Shown one piece after another: positions 8,710 to 17,326 of a DNA stretch of 64,000 bases. The stretch is from a virus (Duplodnaviria; Caudoviricetes). Positions within the stretch are counted from its first letter, which is position 1, and the number at the start of each line of letters is the position of its first letter. Location of the stretch: the IMG/VR virus record IMGVR_UViG_3300029288_000145, positions 12,931 to 76,930 of that record, one strand, 5' to 3'. The position numbers were made by a program, and so were the translations under genes. Under the pieces are notes generated by a model. The model worked only from the letters and a program-made list of their open reading frames with translations, searched no databases and was not told the DNA's origin.

Positions 8710-8955
8710 TTATTTTAAATGTTTTTTCCGCTCTTCCATCATGGCCTTTGCAAATGTATAACAGTCTGCCGCAAATAATGCAGGAGGTGTTTTAAGATAA
8801 TTGGGGTCGCATAATAGTCCGCAAGCACACTGCCCGGCGAAGTAGTCTATCAAAAGCATGCCTGAATTATGTAATAAACGTGATTCATCGGCTAAATTTC
8901 TGTCATAAAGGCTAAAGTCTTCAGACATACCGGGAAATGCATAAGTTTGTGCCAT
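8710..8955 (-). CDS. Hypothetical protein
   Basis: IDYFAGQ...CYTFAKAMMEERKK, a common small phage protein motif. Confidence 0.65.
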   Translation of the reverse strand: MAQTYAFPGMSEDFSLYDRNLADESRLLHNSGMLLIDYFAGQCACGLLCDPNYLKTPPALFAADCYTFAKAMMEERKKHLK

Positions 8956-8957
8956 AG

Positions 8958-9194
8958 TTATTTGAAATTAAACGGGTTTGAACTAAATATATCACCAAAC
9001 ATCGAGTTTATTATGTTATCCTCAACACACTCTTTTACGACCAGGCAGTAAAAATTCTTGTGTTTGCCCTTCAGATACTTCTCCAGTCCACACTTGGCCT
9101 CGAAGGAGTTTGATTTGTTCTTCACACGCATCTTTCCGGACTTGATAACAACCCCGTCCCTGTCCCGACATTCGTATTTAATTATGAAGTTCAT
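8958..9194 (-). CDS. Hypothetical protein
   Basis: 78-aa ORF, first gene after a class A promoter. Confidence 0.6.
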   Translation of the reverse strand: MNFIIKYECRDRDGVVIKSGKMRVKNKSNSFEAKCGLEKYLKGKHKNFYCLVVKECVEDNIINSMFGDIFSSNPFNFK

Positions 9195-9211
9195 AGACTT
9201 AATTTACAGCA

Positions 9212-9296
9212 CAAAGTTAATATATCAATTACCCTTATCCAAATTTATTTTAAAATTTTCTCAACTTTGAAAACATAACATTATTCAGTAAATTTG
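9212..9296. promoter_or_regulatory. Back-to-back promoters: class A (minus, accessory island) and class B (plus, portal)
   Basis: Minus: TTTG 9243-9240, N20, TAACTTTG 9219-9212. Plus: TTTG 9266-9269, N19, TAAATTTG 9289-9296. Confidence 0.75.
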
Positions 9297-9316
9297 CAGA
9301 ATAAAAGAATCAGAGC

Positions 9317-11659
9317 ATGATTTATCTTAACAAGTCCTTTAGTGACTCCATTTTCCCCATGCCCAAGGATACCGTTCCCCATGATGACGCATGGTACCTT
9401 AACTGGAGCAAGTTTATTTATAGTTATGGCATACGTCAGTCAAATGGCATATATGCTTTTAAGGATACCCTGAACAACCTCCGGTTATACGGAGCTGGCC
9501 GGCAGTCAATTTCTCCATACATATCACGTATGAACCCCACCGACCCCCTAAAGTCCAGCACGGCGGGAACGGTTGACGACACCTCTATAAAGGGGTATAT
9601 GAACATAAACGAGTCCATCCTCCCTATTATACCCAAATACAGGAACGCCTTTATTGGACTCATGGGACAGATCGAGCACGACATAAGCGTTGACGCCACA
9701 GACGAGGGCAGTGAGCTGGAGCGTATGCAAAAAAAAGAACGTGCCTGGTTTGAGAAAACATTTGCCAAGGAACTCGGTCTTGTTGATGAAGTCCTGGGCA
9801 TGAAAAAAGAAACCCAGGAGTTTACCCCCGACAACAGGGAGGAGTTCGAGGCTTACTGGGAGATGCACAGCGATAAGCTGGAATCAGAGATTGCCCTGCA
9901 AGAGATTATACGTGATGGATTTGCCCAGAGTGATGACCGGGAACTCAATGACCGGCTGTGGGGAGATTTATTCGACCTAAATATGGCCGCCACTATGGAC
10001 TATGTTGACACCGACACCCAGAGGGTAAGAGAACGCTATATTGATGTAGCCAAACTGATTATACAGACAGACGGTGAGAGCCGGTCATACAAAAACTCCA
10101 CCTTTGCCGGATATATGGACACTTATACCATAGCAGATTTACGCAAGGAGACCGGATGGGATGAGGAGTTAATACACGGTCTGGCCGGAACATTCAACAA
10201 CCAATTCGGAAACGAGAACTTAAATCTGAACAGCCCGGCCTCATACTACCTGAACAACAGCACGAATTATGACAACATGTTTGTCCCGGTACTAAGGATA
10301 AACTGGAAGTCTGAGGAGTCCGAAAGCATATCTGTAGAAATAAACGCCGACAAAGTTCGTCCCCAGGAGGTTGATCGTGGCAAGATACAGAAGAAGGGCG
10401 ACAAGTACTTCAAGAAGGTAAAAAACAAGAGCACCTCACACTGGATGGTTCACCAGTGCCAGTGGATTATCGGCACCAACTATATATTTGGCAGCGGAAT
10501 CATGCCCGACCAGATCAGGAGCAAGAACAACTCACGCCTACCATTCCACAAGTACGAACTGAGCGGACAGAGTTTATGTGAGATGAGCATGCAGCCGGCA
10601 GACCAGATGCAGATGGCTTTTTTAAAGCTACAAAATGCTTTAGCAGCAGCACCGAATAAAAAACTTATATTCGATTACGACACCGTTGTTGCCACAGCAA
10701 AAGAACTAAAGGCTTCACCGGCAGATATTCTCACCATCCGGAATATAGGCAACTCAGACATGGTTTTAAAATACCGCACACATAACCCATATACGTTTGA
10801 GCAGAAGCAATCACCACCGTTTATCGAAGTAGAGGGCGGTATAGGAAACTTTCTCGAAGAGTTCCACAAAATATTTGAGAGCCACAGACTTATGCTCGAA
10901 GATTTAACCGGCCTAAGTGCCCTGGTGACTGCTGGCAACCCACAGTCCCAGGCAGTAGGCATAAACCAGATACTGGCCTCGGCAACAAATAACGTATTAA
11001 GACCCATATATAACGCTTTTTGTATTATAAAAAAAGATACAGCACTTAATATGGCCTTACGTGGACAGGTACTCGCCGCCACAAACAGGGGAAAAGATTA
11101 TGGCTATGAAGCTGTAATAGGACAGACAGGTGTAAGTATCTTAACAACACTCTTCAATAAAAACAAAACCCCTATTGATATTGGCATTGTTATCCAGGAA
11201 CGTCCATCACAGAAGGAGCGTGACGAGATAGAGATGATGCTACAGAAGGCCGTTATGTCGGGCAGAGACGGCAAACCATCCATAACAACGGCTGACTACT
11301 TCTTTATAAAACGCATGATGAATCTCCCCGGAGGTGTCAAGAAAGCCCAGCAGATGTTGGCCATACGTGAAAACCAGTTCTTTGAAAGAGAAATAAGGAG
11401 AGCCAATGACGCCAATACCCTCAACAACAAACTCGCCCAGGAGACCGAACAGAAGAAAATGCAGTTTGCCGGTGCCCTGGAGCAGATGAAACTCCAGGTG
11501 GATATTATGCGAAAGAAAAACGAAACAGATGAGGCTATACGCCTCTATGTCGTCCAGGCTATAATTGATGAGAAAATCACCGCTCCCGCTGAATTTATAC
11601 GACAGCTAACCGCCGATGCCATGACTAAACAGGAAGCTACACCAACTACGCCGGCTTAA
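9317..11659 (+). CDS. Portal protein
   Basis: 780 aa; ILPIIPKY-type N-terminal segment, helical character and C-terminal coiled coil typical of large crAss-like/podovirus portals; no other portal candidate in the window. Confidence 0.75.
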   Translation: MIYLNKSFSDSIFPMPKDTVPHDDAWYLNWSKFIYSYGIRQSNGIYAFKDTLNNLRLYGAGRQSISPYISRMNPTDPLKSSTAGTVDDTSIKGYMNINESILPIIPKYRNAFIGLMGQIEHDISVDATDEGSELERMQKKERAWFEKTFAKELGLVDEVLGMKKETQEFTPDNREEFEAYWEMHSDKLESEIALQEIIRDGFAQSDDRELNDRLWGDLFDLNMAATMDYVDTDTQRVRERYIDVAKLIIQTDGESRSYKNSTFAGYMDTYTIADLRKETGWDEELIHGLAGTFNNQFGNENLNLNSPASYYLNNSTNYDNMFVPVLRINWKSEESESISVEINADKVRPQEVDRGKIQKKGDKYFKKVKNKSTSHWMVHQCQWIIGTNYIFGSGIMPDQIRSKNNSRLPFHKYELSGQSLCEMSMQPADQMQMAFLKLQNALAAAPNKKLIFDYDTVVATAKELKASPADILTIRNIGNSDMVLKYRTHNPYTFEQKQSPPFIEVEGGIGNFLEEFHKIFESHRLMLEDLTGLSALVTAGNPQSQAVGINQILASATNNVLRPIYNAFCIIKKDTALNMALRGQVLAATNRGKDYGYEAVIGQTGVSILTTLFNKNKTPIDIGIVIQERPSQKERDEIEMMLQKAVMSGRDGKPSITTADYFFIKRMMNLPGGVKKAQQMLAIRENQFFEREIRRANDANTLNNKLAQETEQKKMQFAGALEQMKLQVDIMRKKNETDEAIRLYVVQAIIDEKITAPAEFIRQLTADAMTKQEATPTTPA

Positions 11660-12051
11660 ACCGTAAAAGTATTTCCTTTGCGGTTTAATGTTTCAAAATA
11701 GAATTTTCCCTCAAACGGCTTTATTTTTACTATATCGAAATTTATACCAACATTCACTATATATAATTTCGCTATTCTTTTATGAACCGTTGTTATTAAA
11801 TCTCTAAACCCTTCTAAATCCCTATCACGCTTGTAGTGGTTGCAACTCCTACAACTTGGCTGAAGGTTGTCGAAGCTGTCAGGGTTAAATTGTTGTTCTT
11901 GTTTGAATAAATTTATGTAATACTTTGCATGAGCCTTGCTTGTTTCATGATCAATTTGCATATCTTTATATTTTATTTCCCTCCCACAATATGCACACCT
12001 ACCACCGTATTTTGCATAAACTCTATTTCTTAACTCAATTCGCTTATTCAT
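11656..12051 (-). CDS. HNH endonuclease
   Basis: RCAYCG...MQIDH...LQPSCRSCNHYK. Confidence 0.85.
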   Translation of the reverse strand: MNKRIELRNRVYAKYGGRCAYCGREIKYKDMQIDHETSKAHAKYYINLFKQEQQFNPDSFDNLQPSCRSCNHYKRDRDLEGFRDLITTVHKRIAKLYIVNVGINFDIVKIKPFEGKFYFETLNRKGNTFTV

Positions 12052-12074
12052 CTTTGCGGCTTTTTGGTTCTAAT

Positions 12075-12458
12075 TTATTCCTCCCATTCGATATGGATGG
12101 TGGCTACTAAATGACCAACTTTATTCCCCTGTATTTGAGCTATGTGTTCGTTTGGATGTATAATTCCATAATAAGGGTTTGAAAGGGGGTCAGTATAAAT
12201 ATTTATCCACCCCTCCTTCTTGCAGGAGGCCATGATGAGATCGGAATCATTTTTTCTTCCATCATCCCACTTACCTTCTGCTGTGTGTGAAAATACTTGT
12301 CCGTTTATCCACCCCGCTAGTTTCCATTTTGGCACATCCGGGCTATAAGCCCCGAACTTATACGGACGCCCGTCACGAGTTACTACCGGCTTTCCTGCAA
12401 TGCATTCTTCTAAATTAAAATCTTTCATAGCTTTTTTACGCAAATTTACAATACCCAT
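12075..12458 (-). CDS. Hypothetical protein (FNLEECIAGKPVVTRDGR family)
   Basis: N-terminal motif common in Bacteroidota phages. Confidence 0.65.
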   Translation of the reverse strand: MGIVNLRKKAMKDFNLEECIAGKPVVTRDGRPYKFGAYSPDVPKWKLAGWINGQVFSHTAEGKWDDGRKNDSDLIMASCKKEGWINIYTDPLSNPYYGIIHPNEHIAQIQGNKVGHLVATIHIEWEE

Positions 12459-12480
12459 ATCCTATTTCCAAATTTATTTT
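12441..12480 (-). promoter_or_regulatory. Sigma-A type promoter, class A
   Basis: AAAATAAATTTGG, N20, TAAATTTG. Confidence 0.7.
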
Positions 12481-12513
12481 CAATTTCATGGGCACCACTT
12501 ACCCTCGTCTGCA

Positions 12514-12690
12514 TTACGGTGGCAATATACTACGTTTTATGACCATGTTCGCAACCAATTCATCAGACGGTGTCTGGTATATCCAGACGAATCCGGGTAC
12601 CGTGTCCTGATTAATCCTCCTATCTCGCTTTACCACGTCCTGTACGCCACGACATCGCACCCCTGAGTGGTACTTCTTAGCACAGTTCAT
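12514..12690 (-). CDS. Hypothetical protein (not in ORF track)
   Basis: Hand-translated 58 aa MNCAKKYHSGVRCRGVQDVVKRDRR... Confidence 0.35.
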   Translation of the reverse strand: MNCAKKYHSGVRCRGVQDVVKRDRRINQDTVPGFVWIYQTPSDELVANMVIKRSILPP

Positions 12691-13207
12691 ATCATCGCCC
12701 CGTAGATCGTCTTAAAATCGCTCATATCTGTTCATTATTTATCCATGTTCGCTTTAAACGAACACCGCCCAGGAGTGAACACGCTCCATAGGTACCACAA
12801 ACCGGTGCTGATCGCATTATTTTACCCCCATTTTGTCAGGTTTTTAACCCCATAAACTTGACTTTATACTAATTAAATGAAATTACTAACCCATTACCCC
12901 ACCGGTGAACGAACCGCATTTAAACACTCTAAACACATATTTTTTGACTCAAACCGAGCTGTGATTTTTTTAGCTATTTTATACCGCTCGGTTTTGTACA
13001 CGAAATCATAGGTACATATATCAGCCGAGGTTCAAAATAAAAATCCAAATTTGCTAACCCCACCGGCATGTAAATCAATAAGTTATGATGAGATACCAAA
13101 CATATAAAAGTAACTCCCTGATTATCAATTAATTAAAAGCAAATAATCTGCATACACGACGTTCATTCAATTAAAATTAGTTGCTTGATATTCAATTCAT
13201 TCTGTCT

Positions 13208-13228
13208 TATTTAGAATCATTCTAAATA
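13208..13228. promoter_or_regulatory. Perfect 10-1-10 palindrome TATTTAGAAT-C-ATTCTAAATA
   Basis: Read directly from the sequence. Confidence 0.7.
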
Positions 13229-13519
13229 TAGTAGCATGAATGACAATAACATACAGAGGCAATATAATTATAATAAATAAATGATATGTTAGAAATTTCT
13301 AACATTTAGTAAAAAATCATTTCATAACTATATAGCATACAACGATATATAGTAATATTAAATAGATAAGTAATTAAGCAGGCTGTTTATGTATTGTATT
13401 GATATATAATACAATGCTAATATAATATATGTTATTTTATTTAATAGTTGATAGTGTCAACTAATTTTGTGCGTGAACAAATATAGTGCCAAACGATATA
13501 ATTTTTGAATGTTTATTTT

Positions 13520-13571
13520 AAAATAAATTTGGTGATTTGCTTGCATTGGCTGGATAAATGTATTATCTTTG
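13520..13571 (+). promoter_or_regulatory. Promoter of the early small-gene block
   Basis: AAAATAAATTTGG at 13520 and TATCTTTG at 13564; spacing is atypical (a CTTG lies 20 nt upstream of the -7 box). Confidence 0.55.
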
Positions 13572-13636
13572 GTATATTATGAATGAGATAATGAAGGCAA
13601 ACAGGACGTTTAACACAAATATTTAAATATAATGTC

Positions 13637-13913
13637 ATGAATATCAAATCAATGTTTAAAACAAAAGGGGCGAATGATGCATTAACTGGTCAAAAAATTA
13701 TGTCAGTAAGATATTTAGATGATAATATGACCAGAAAATTATATTTATCAGATGCTCCCTTAATCATTACCTTATCAAATAATGCTTGACAAGCATTTAT
13801 GGAATAGTTCCAAAACAACGGGAAAATACCGGAACATCTTTTTAAGCGAGTCTAAAAAAGAGACTGAACAAAAGATTAAATCAGGTATTTATAAACTTGT
13901 AAGCCTGAATTAA
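13637..13913 (+). pseudogene. Two short overlapping ORFs (50 and 43 aa) that look like fragments of two different phage genes
   Basis: 13637-13789 MNIKS...GQKIMSVRYL...PLIITLSNNA; 13782-13913 MLDKHLWNSSKTTGKYRNIFLSESKKETEQKIKSG. Confidence 0.35.
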
Positions 13914-13966
13914 ACATATTTGAAAAGCGAAACTAAATTTTAAATAACACAATAAATATTATTATC

Positions 13967-14503
13967 ATGAAAATCGTTGAATTAAAACTTTATTCGTTTA
14001 ACGAATTATCAGACGAGGCAAAACAAAAAGCATTATCTGATTATAACGGTGATTCAGAATATTTTTGGGGAGACGAGGCAATGGGTAGCTTGAAAAAATT
14101 CCTGGAACATTTCAATTGTGAATTAATTGACTGGTCATTGGATTTCCTGGAACCACACCGGAACAGTTATAAAATTGATATTCCCGAATATATGCAGGAA
14201 AAAACATATGACGAATTGAAGGGATATATTGAAGGAATGGGGAAATATGACCCGGAAACATTAAAGGGTCTTGGCTCCTGTATGTTTACCGGCGTATGTT
14301 TCGATGAATCATTAGGCGATGGAGCTAGAAAAGAATATTACTCAGGCACCACAGGCATAAGCGACATTATCCATGCCGGGATTTCAGAATGGGAAATTGA
14401 TGTAAAAAAAGACTGTGAATACAATTACAGCGAGGAATGTTATGCCGAAACATGCGAATCAAACGAATACTTATTCACTGAAGAAGGTCAATTATGGTCA
14501 TAG
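13967..14503 (+). CDS. Hypothetical early protein (Y.F.ELSDEAK.KA family)
   Basis: N-terminal LYSFNELSDEAKQKAL and C-terminal CESNEYLFTEEG motifs. Confidence 0.7.
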   Translation: MKIVELKLYSFNELSDEAKQKALSDYNGDSEYFWGDEAMGSLKKFLEHFNCELIDWSLDFLEPHRNSYKIDIPEYMQEKTYDELKGYIEGMGKYDPETLKGLGSCMFTGVCFDESLGDGARKEYYSGTTGISDIIHAGISEWEIDVKKDCEYNYSEECYAETCESNEYLFTEEGQLWS

Positions 14504-14639
14504 TAACTTCACCCGGCGAATTGTCAGACAGGCAGAAGAAGTTAATCAGTATTTTGCCTGTCAATATTGGCAGCCATGAACTAAAAAAGTTAATCCTGAA
14601 ATATAGGAATGAATGTAAAACAATAACAATCAAACACAA

Positions 14640-14816
14640 ATGAAAAGAATAAAATACATAGTAGTAGCAGACAGAATTGAATTAGTAGCTTTCACACTCC
14701 CAGTTAGTAAAAAACTTGCTACTGAAATATTAAAACAATTAAGCAAGGATATAAGGCCAGGGGTAACGAGTGCAAACAAATATCAAAATTGGAGGCTTAA
14801 AGAAGTTAAAGTATAA
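14640..14816 (+). CDS. Hypothetical protein (not in ORF track)
   Basis: Hand-translated 58 aa after an A-rich leader. Confidence 0.5.
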   Translation: MKRIKYIVVADRIELVAFTLPVSKKLATEILKQLSKDIRPGVTSANKYQNWRLKEVKV

Positions 14817-14938
14817 TATTATGGCAGTACTAATCACATTATCTGGAATACTTTTAAATACTCTGATCATTACCCTGCTGATCATAAGAGATTTGAAAAG
14901 GGAAATTAACGAATTAACAATAATTAAATAAAAAACAA

Positions 14939-15277
14939 ATGAAAAGTATTATTTATTGCGAGGTGCCTACAAATTATCAGTACACCTCACTTGTAACCTT
15001 AATGGGACATGCTAAGGTACATAATAACAATGCCCCGGCTCCAAAATGGTCTGCCCTCTATTTTGAGAACAAAAAGGAGGCTAAAAAATGGATAATGGAA
15101 AGGAAATATGAATTGTATGATGATCGCAATGACAGGATTAATCATGGCCGGGGTGATAATACCGGGTTAGAATATGATGCCGCCACCTGTTATATAATGC
15201 CATTGTCTGAATTTCTCGAAAGGCATAGCAGCATATCAGACAAAGATATTCCAATTTATTCAGGCAGTCAAATTTAA
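14939..15277 (+). CDS. Hypothetical protein
   Basis: 112-aa ORF with A-rich leader. Confidence 0.6.
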   Translation: MKSIIYCEVPTNYQYTSLVTLMGHAKVHNNNAPAPKWSALYFENKKEAKKWIMERKYELYDDRNDRINHGRGDNTGLEYDAATCYIMPLSEFLERHSSISDKDIPIYSGSQI

Positions 15278-15290
15278 AACACACAAACAT

Positions 15291-15461
15291 ATGAAAAAAT
15301 CTGACATACCCTTCGTTTGCCTGGTTATTATGGCCGGATGCATGGTGACCGGCATATTTTACCGGCCAGCATTTAAAATAATGATGGTGTTTGCCGTTAT
15401 TATTGTCCTGTACTATATCGTAAAAAATTTTAAGGAGGCATTTAAAATACCGAAGTCATGA
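15291..15461 (+). CDS. Small two-TM protein (not in ORF track)
   Basis: Hand-translated 56 aa; ATGA overlap with the next gene. Confidence 0.5.
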   Translation: MKKSDIPFVCLVIMAGCMVTGIFYRPAFKIMMVFAVIIVLYYIVKNFKEAFKIPKS

Positions 15462-15718
15462 ACGAAATAGAATATCAAAACTATGTATCAAAAATGATAA
15501 ACAAATCTGCTCAGGCTATTAAAATGAGCTATTTGTTAGCACTTGAAAACAAGGAGCCTAAATCAAAAACACACAGACTCGAAAAGCGCATTGACCGGGC
15601 AAGGGTATTGATACACAAAGTATTATACAAGGATATTGTTTTGGAGGCCAATTTCGATAAAAAATTCCTTCAAAAAGCCCTGGGAGAAATCAATGAGATA
15701 TTATCCGGTCAAAAATAA
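15458..15718 (+). CDS. Hypothetical protein
   Basis: 86-aa ORF. Confidence 0.55.
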   Translation: MNEIEYQNYVSKMINKSAQAIKMSYLLALENKEPKSKTHRLEKRIDRARVLIHKVLYKDIVLEANFDKKFLQKALGEINEILSGQK

Positions 15719-15755
15719 ATAAATTTGCAAAGAGTATTTTAAAACACTAAATTTG
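15716..15755 (+). promoter_or_regulatory. Sigma-A type promoter, class A-like
   Basis: TAAATAAATTTG, N20, TAAATTTG. Confidence 0.7.
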
Positions 15756-15769
15756 TTAAAATAAATATT

Positions 15770-16753
15770 ATGGAAAAAATCAAAACGTACAAAGCATTTG
15801 ACAAAGAGCTTAAATGCCGTGATTTCCAATACGAAATTGGAAAAGAATACAAGCATAAAGGAAAGGTGGAAATATGTTCATCCGGTTTTCATTCATGCAT
15901 AAATCCCTTTGACTGCCTGAGTTATTACCCACTAATCGAAACACGATTTTGTGAATGTGAGGTATGGGGCAAGACTGACAAAAACAATGATGATAGTAAG
16001 GTGTCTAGCGAATTTATTCTGATTGTAAAGGAATTGTCGGAAAAAGAATTTAACCTCATTTGTGTAGATTTCTTAATAAAAGAATGTGAAGAAAAGCAGT
16101 CAGGAGACGACTCGCAGCAGTCACAGTCAGGATACGCCTCGAAGCAGTCACAGTCAGGATACCGCTCGCAGCAGTCACAGTCAGGAGACGACTCGCAGCA
16201 GTCACAGTCAGGAGACGACTCGCAGCAGTCACAGTCAGGAGACCGCTCGCAGCAGTCACAGTCAGGAGACCACTCGAAGCAGTCACAGTCAGGATACCGC
16301 TCGAAGCAGTCACAGTCAGGATACGCCTCGAAGCAGTCACAGTCAGGATACCGCTCGCAGCAGTCACAGTCAGGAGACGACTCGCAGCAGTCACAGTCAG
16401 GAGACCGCTCGCAGCAGTCACAGTCAGGAGACCACTCGAAGCAGTCACAGTCAGGATACCGCTCGAAGCAGTCACAGTCAGGATACCGCTCGAAGCAGTC
16501 ACAGTCAGGAGACGACTCGCAGCAGTGTTCTTGTGGTTATGATTCTGAAATAATTGCAACAGGAGAAAATAATGTCGCTGCCGCAATTGGTGAAAAATCC
16601 AAAATTAAAGGCATTATCGGCACCTGGATAACACTGGCAGAATATGACAACGATTCAAAATGTATCTGTGTAAAATCGGCCATCATTGATGGTAAAAAAC
16701 TTCTGCCCGATACATGGTACATTCTTAAAAACAAAAAATTCACTGCAATATGA
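15770..16753 (+). CDS. Repeat-containing phage protein (DUF7666-like N-terminus + 9-aa solenoid repeats)
   Basis: YKAFDKELKCRDFQYEIGKEY...GFHSC..P.D...YY N-terminus and W...AEYD...IDG..L.PDTWY.L C-terminus; family name recalled, not searched. Confidence 0.7.
   Translation: MEKIKTYKAFDKELKCRDFQYEIGKEYKHKGKVEICSSGFHSCINPFDCLSYYPLIETRFCECEVWGKTDKNNDDSKVSSEFILIVKELSEKEFNLICVDFLIKECEEKQSGDDSQQSQSGYASKQSQSGYRSQQSQSGDDSQQSQSGDDSQQSQSGDRSQQSQSGDHSKQSQSGYRSKQSQSGYASKQSQSGYRSQQSQSGDDSQQSQSGDRSQQSQSGDHSKQSQSGYRSKQSQSGYRSKQSQSGDDSQQCSCGYDSEIIATGENNVAAAIGEKSKIKGIIGTWITLAEYDNDSKCICVKSAIIDGKKLLPDTWYILKNKKFTAI
16097..16525 (+). repeat. 16 x 27-bp coding tandem repeat (QSG-xx-S-[Q/K]-QS)
   Basis: Invariant GCAGTCACAGTCAGGA plus variable GACGAC/TACGCC/TACCGC/GACCGC/GACCAC. 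Confidence 0.95.
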
Positions 16754-17022
16754 AAAAAACAATCACAAAATCAGACATCTTATACAAGATGTTTCAGCTA
16801 CAGGCAAAAAAAACGATTGAGGGAGAAAACCGGGCAATAGAATTTTGCCGGGCTTACTCAATCGAAACAGGGGTGCCATACCACCGGATAAAAAAGTATA
16901 TGGAGACCTATACAGGTAGCCCTGAGAAATTCCCTGGCTGGGTGCAGAAAATGGAAAGAAAACGCCTGATGAAGAGAAGGGCAGCAGCAAACACGGTCAC
17001 TATTTACGAAAAGCATAAATAA
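16750..17022 (+). CDS. Hypothetical basic protein
   Basis: 90-aa ORF with ATGA overlap. Confidence 0.55.
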   Translation: MKKTITKSDILYKMFQLQAKKTIEGENRAIEFCRAYSIETGVPYHRIKKYMETYTGSPEKFPGWVQKMERKRLMKRRAAANTVTIYEKHK

Positions 17023-17029
17023 CAAAGCT

Positions 17030-17326
17030 ATGAAACTGGAAGTATTTGAATTTTGGCATAACCAGAAAATAAAAGAATTTATTGTGGAATATTCCAAGGT
17101 GCCTGTAAAAACAGATGGCCGGGAATGTGAGGTGTCTCCGGGAGTTTATCAGTCAGAGGTATCCATTGATGGGATAAAAATGTACGTGAAACATGATGAT
17201 AATTTTGCCCTAGTTGAGTTTTCCAAGCATGATATTACCGCCATGTCATGCGCCATGAAGGAAATTCAGGAGGCAAAGGAATTGCAGACAATGAGTCAGG
17301 AAGAACTTAATGACTTCTACTCATGA
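17030..17326 (+). CDS. Hypothetical protein
   Basis: 98-aa ORF. Confidence 0.6.
   Translation: MKLEVFEFWHNQKIKEFIVEYSKVPVKTDGRECEVSPGVYQSEVSIDGIKMYVKHDDNFALVEFSKHDITAMSCAMKEIQEAKELQTMSQEELNDFYS

Larger units (their letters stand above)
12730..13630. other. Non-coding hub between divergent gene blocks (candidate packaging/terminus and regulatory region)
   Basis: No ORF of 60 aa or more; direct repeats, IHF-consensus sites, several perfect palindromes, AT-rich tract. Confidence 0.55.

Noticed and set aside
14045-14052. TAACGGT in the 13967-14503 gene as another cassette core
   Set aside because: No paired arms or matching GTT core follow; it lies inside a coding sequence.
14527-14565. GACAGGCA/TGCCTGTC inverted repeat in an intergenic gap
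   Set aside because: Only 8 bp with a loop of about 20 nt, single copy, no U-tract or AAC/GTT cores; not enough to assign a function.
16056-16586. Alternative-frame ORFs over the 27-bp repeat, and a possible CRISPR or DGR reading
   Set aside because: A stop-free 27-mer keeps several frames open. Variable parts are only a few nt (not spacers), no cas or reverse transcriptase gene is in the window, and variation is not adenine-specific.
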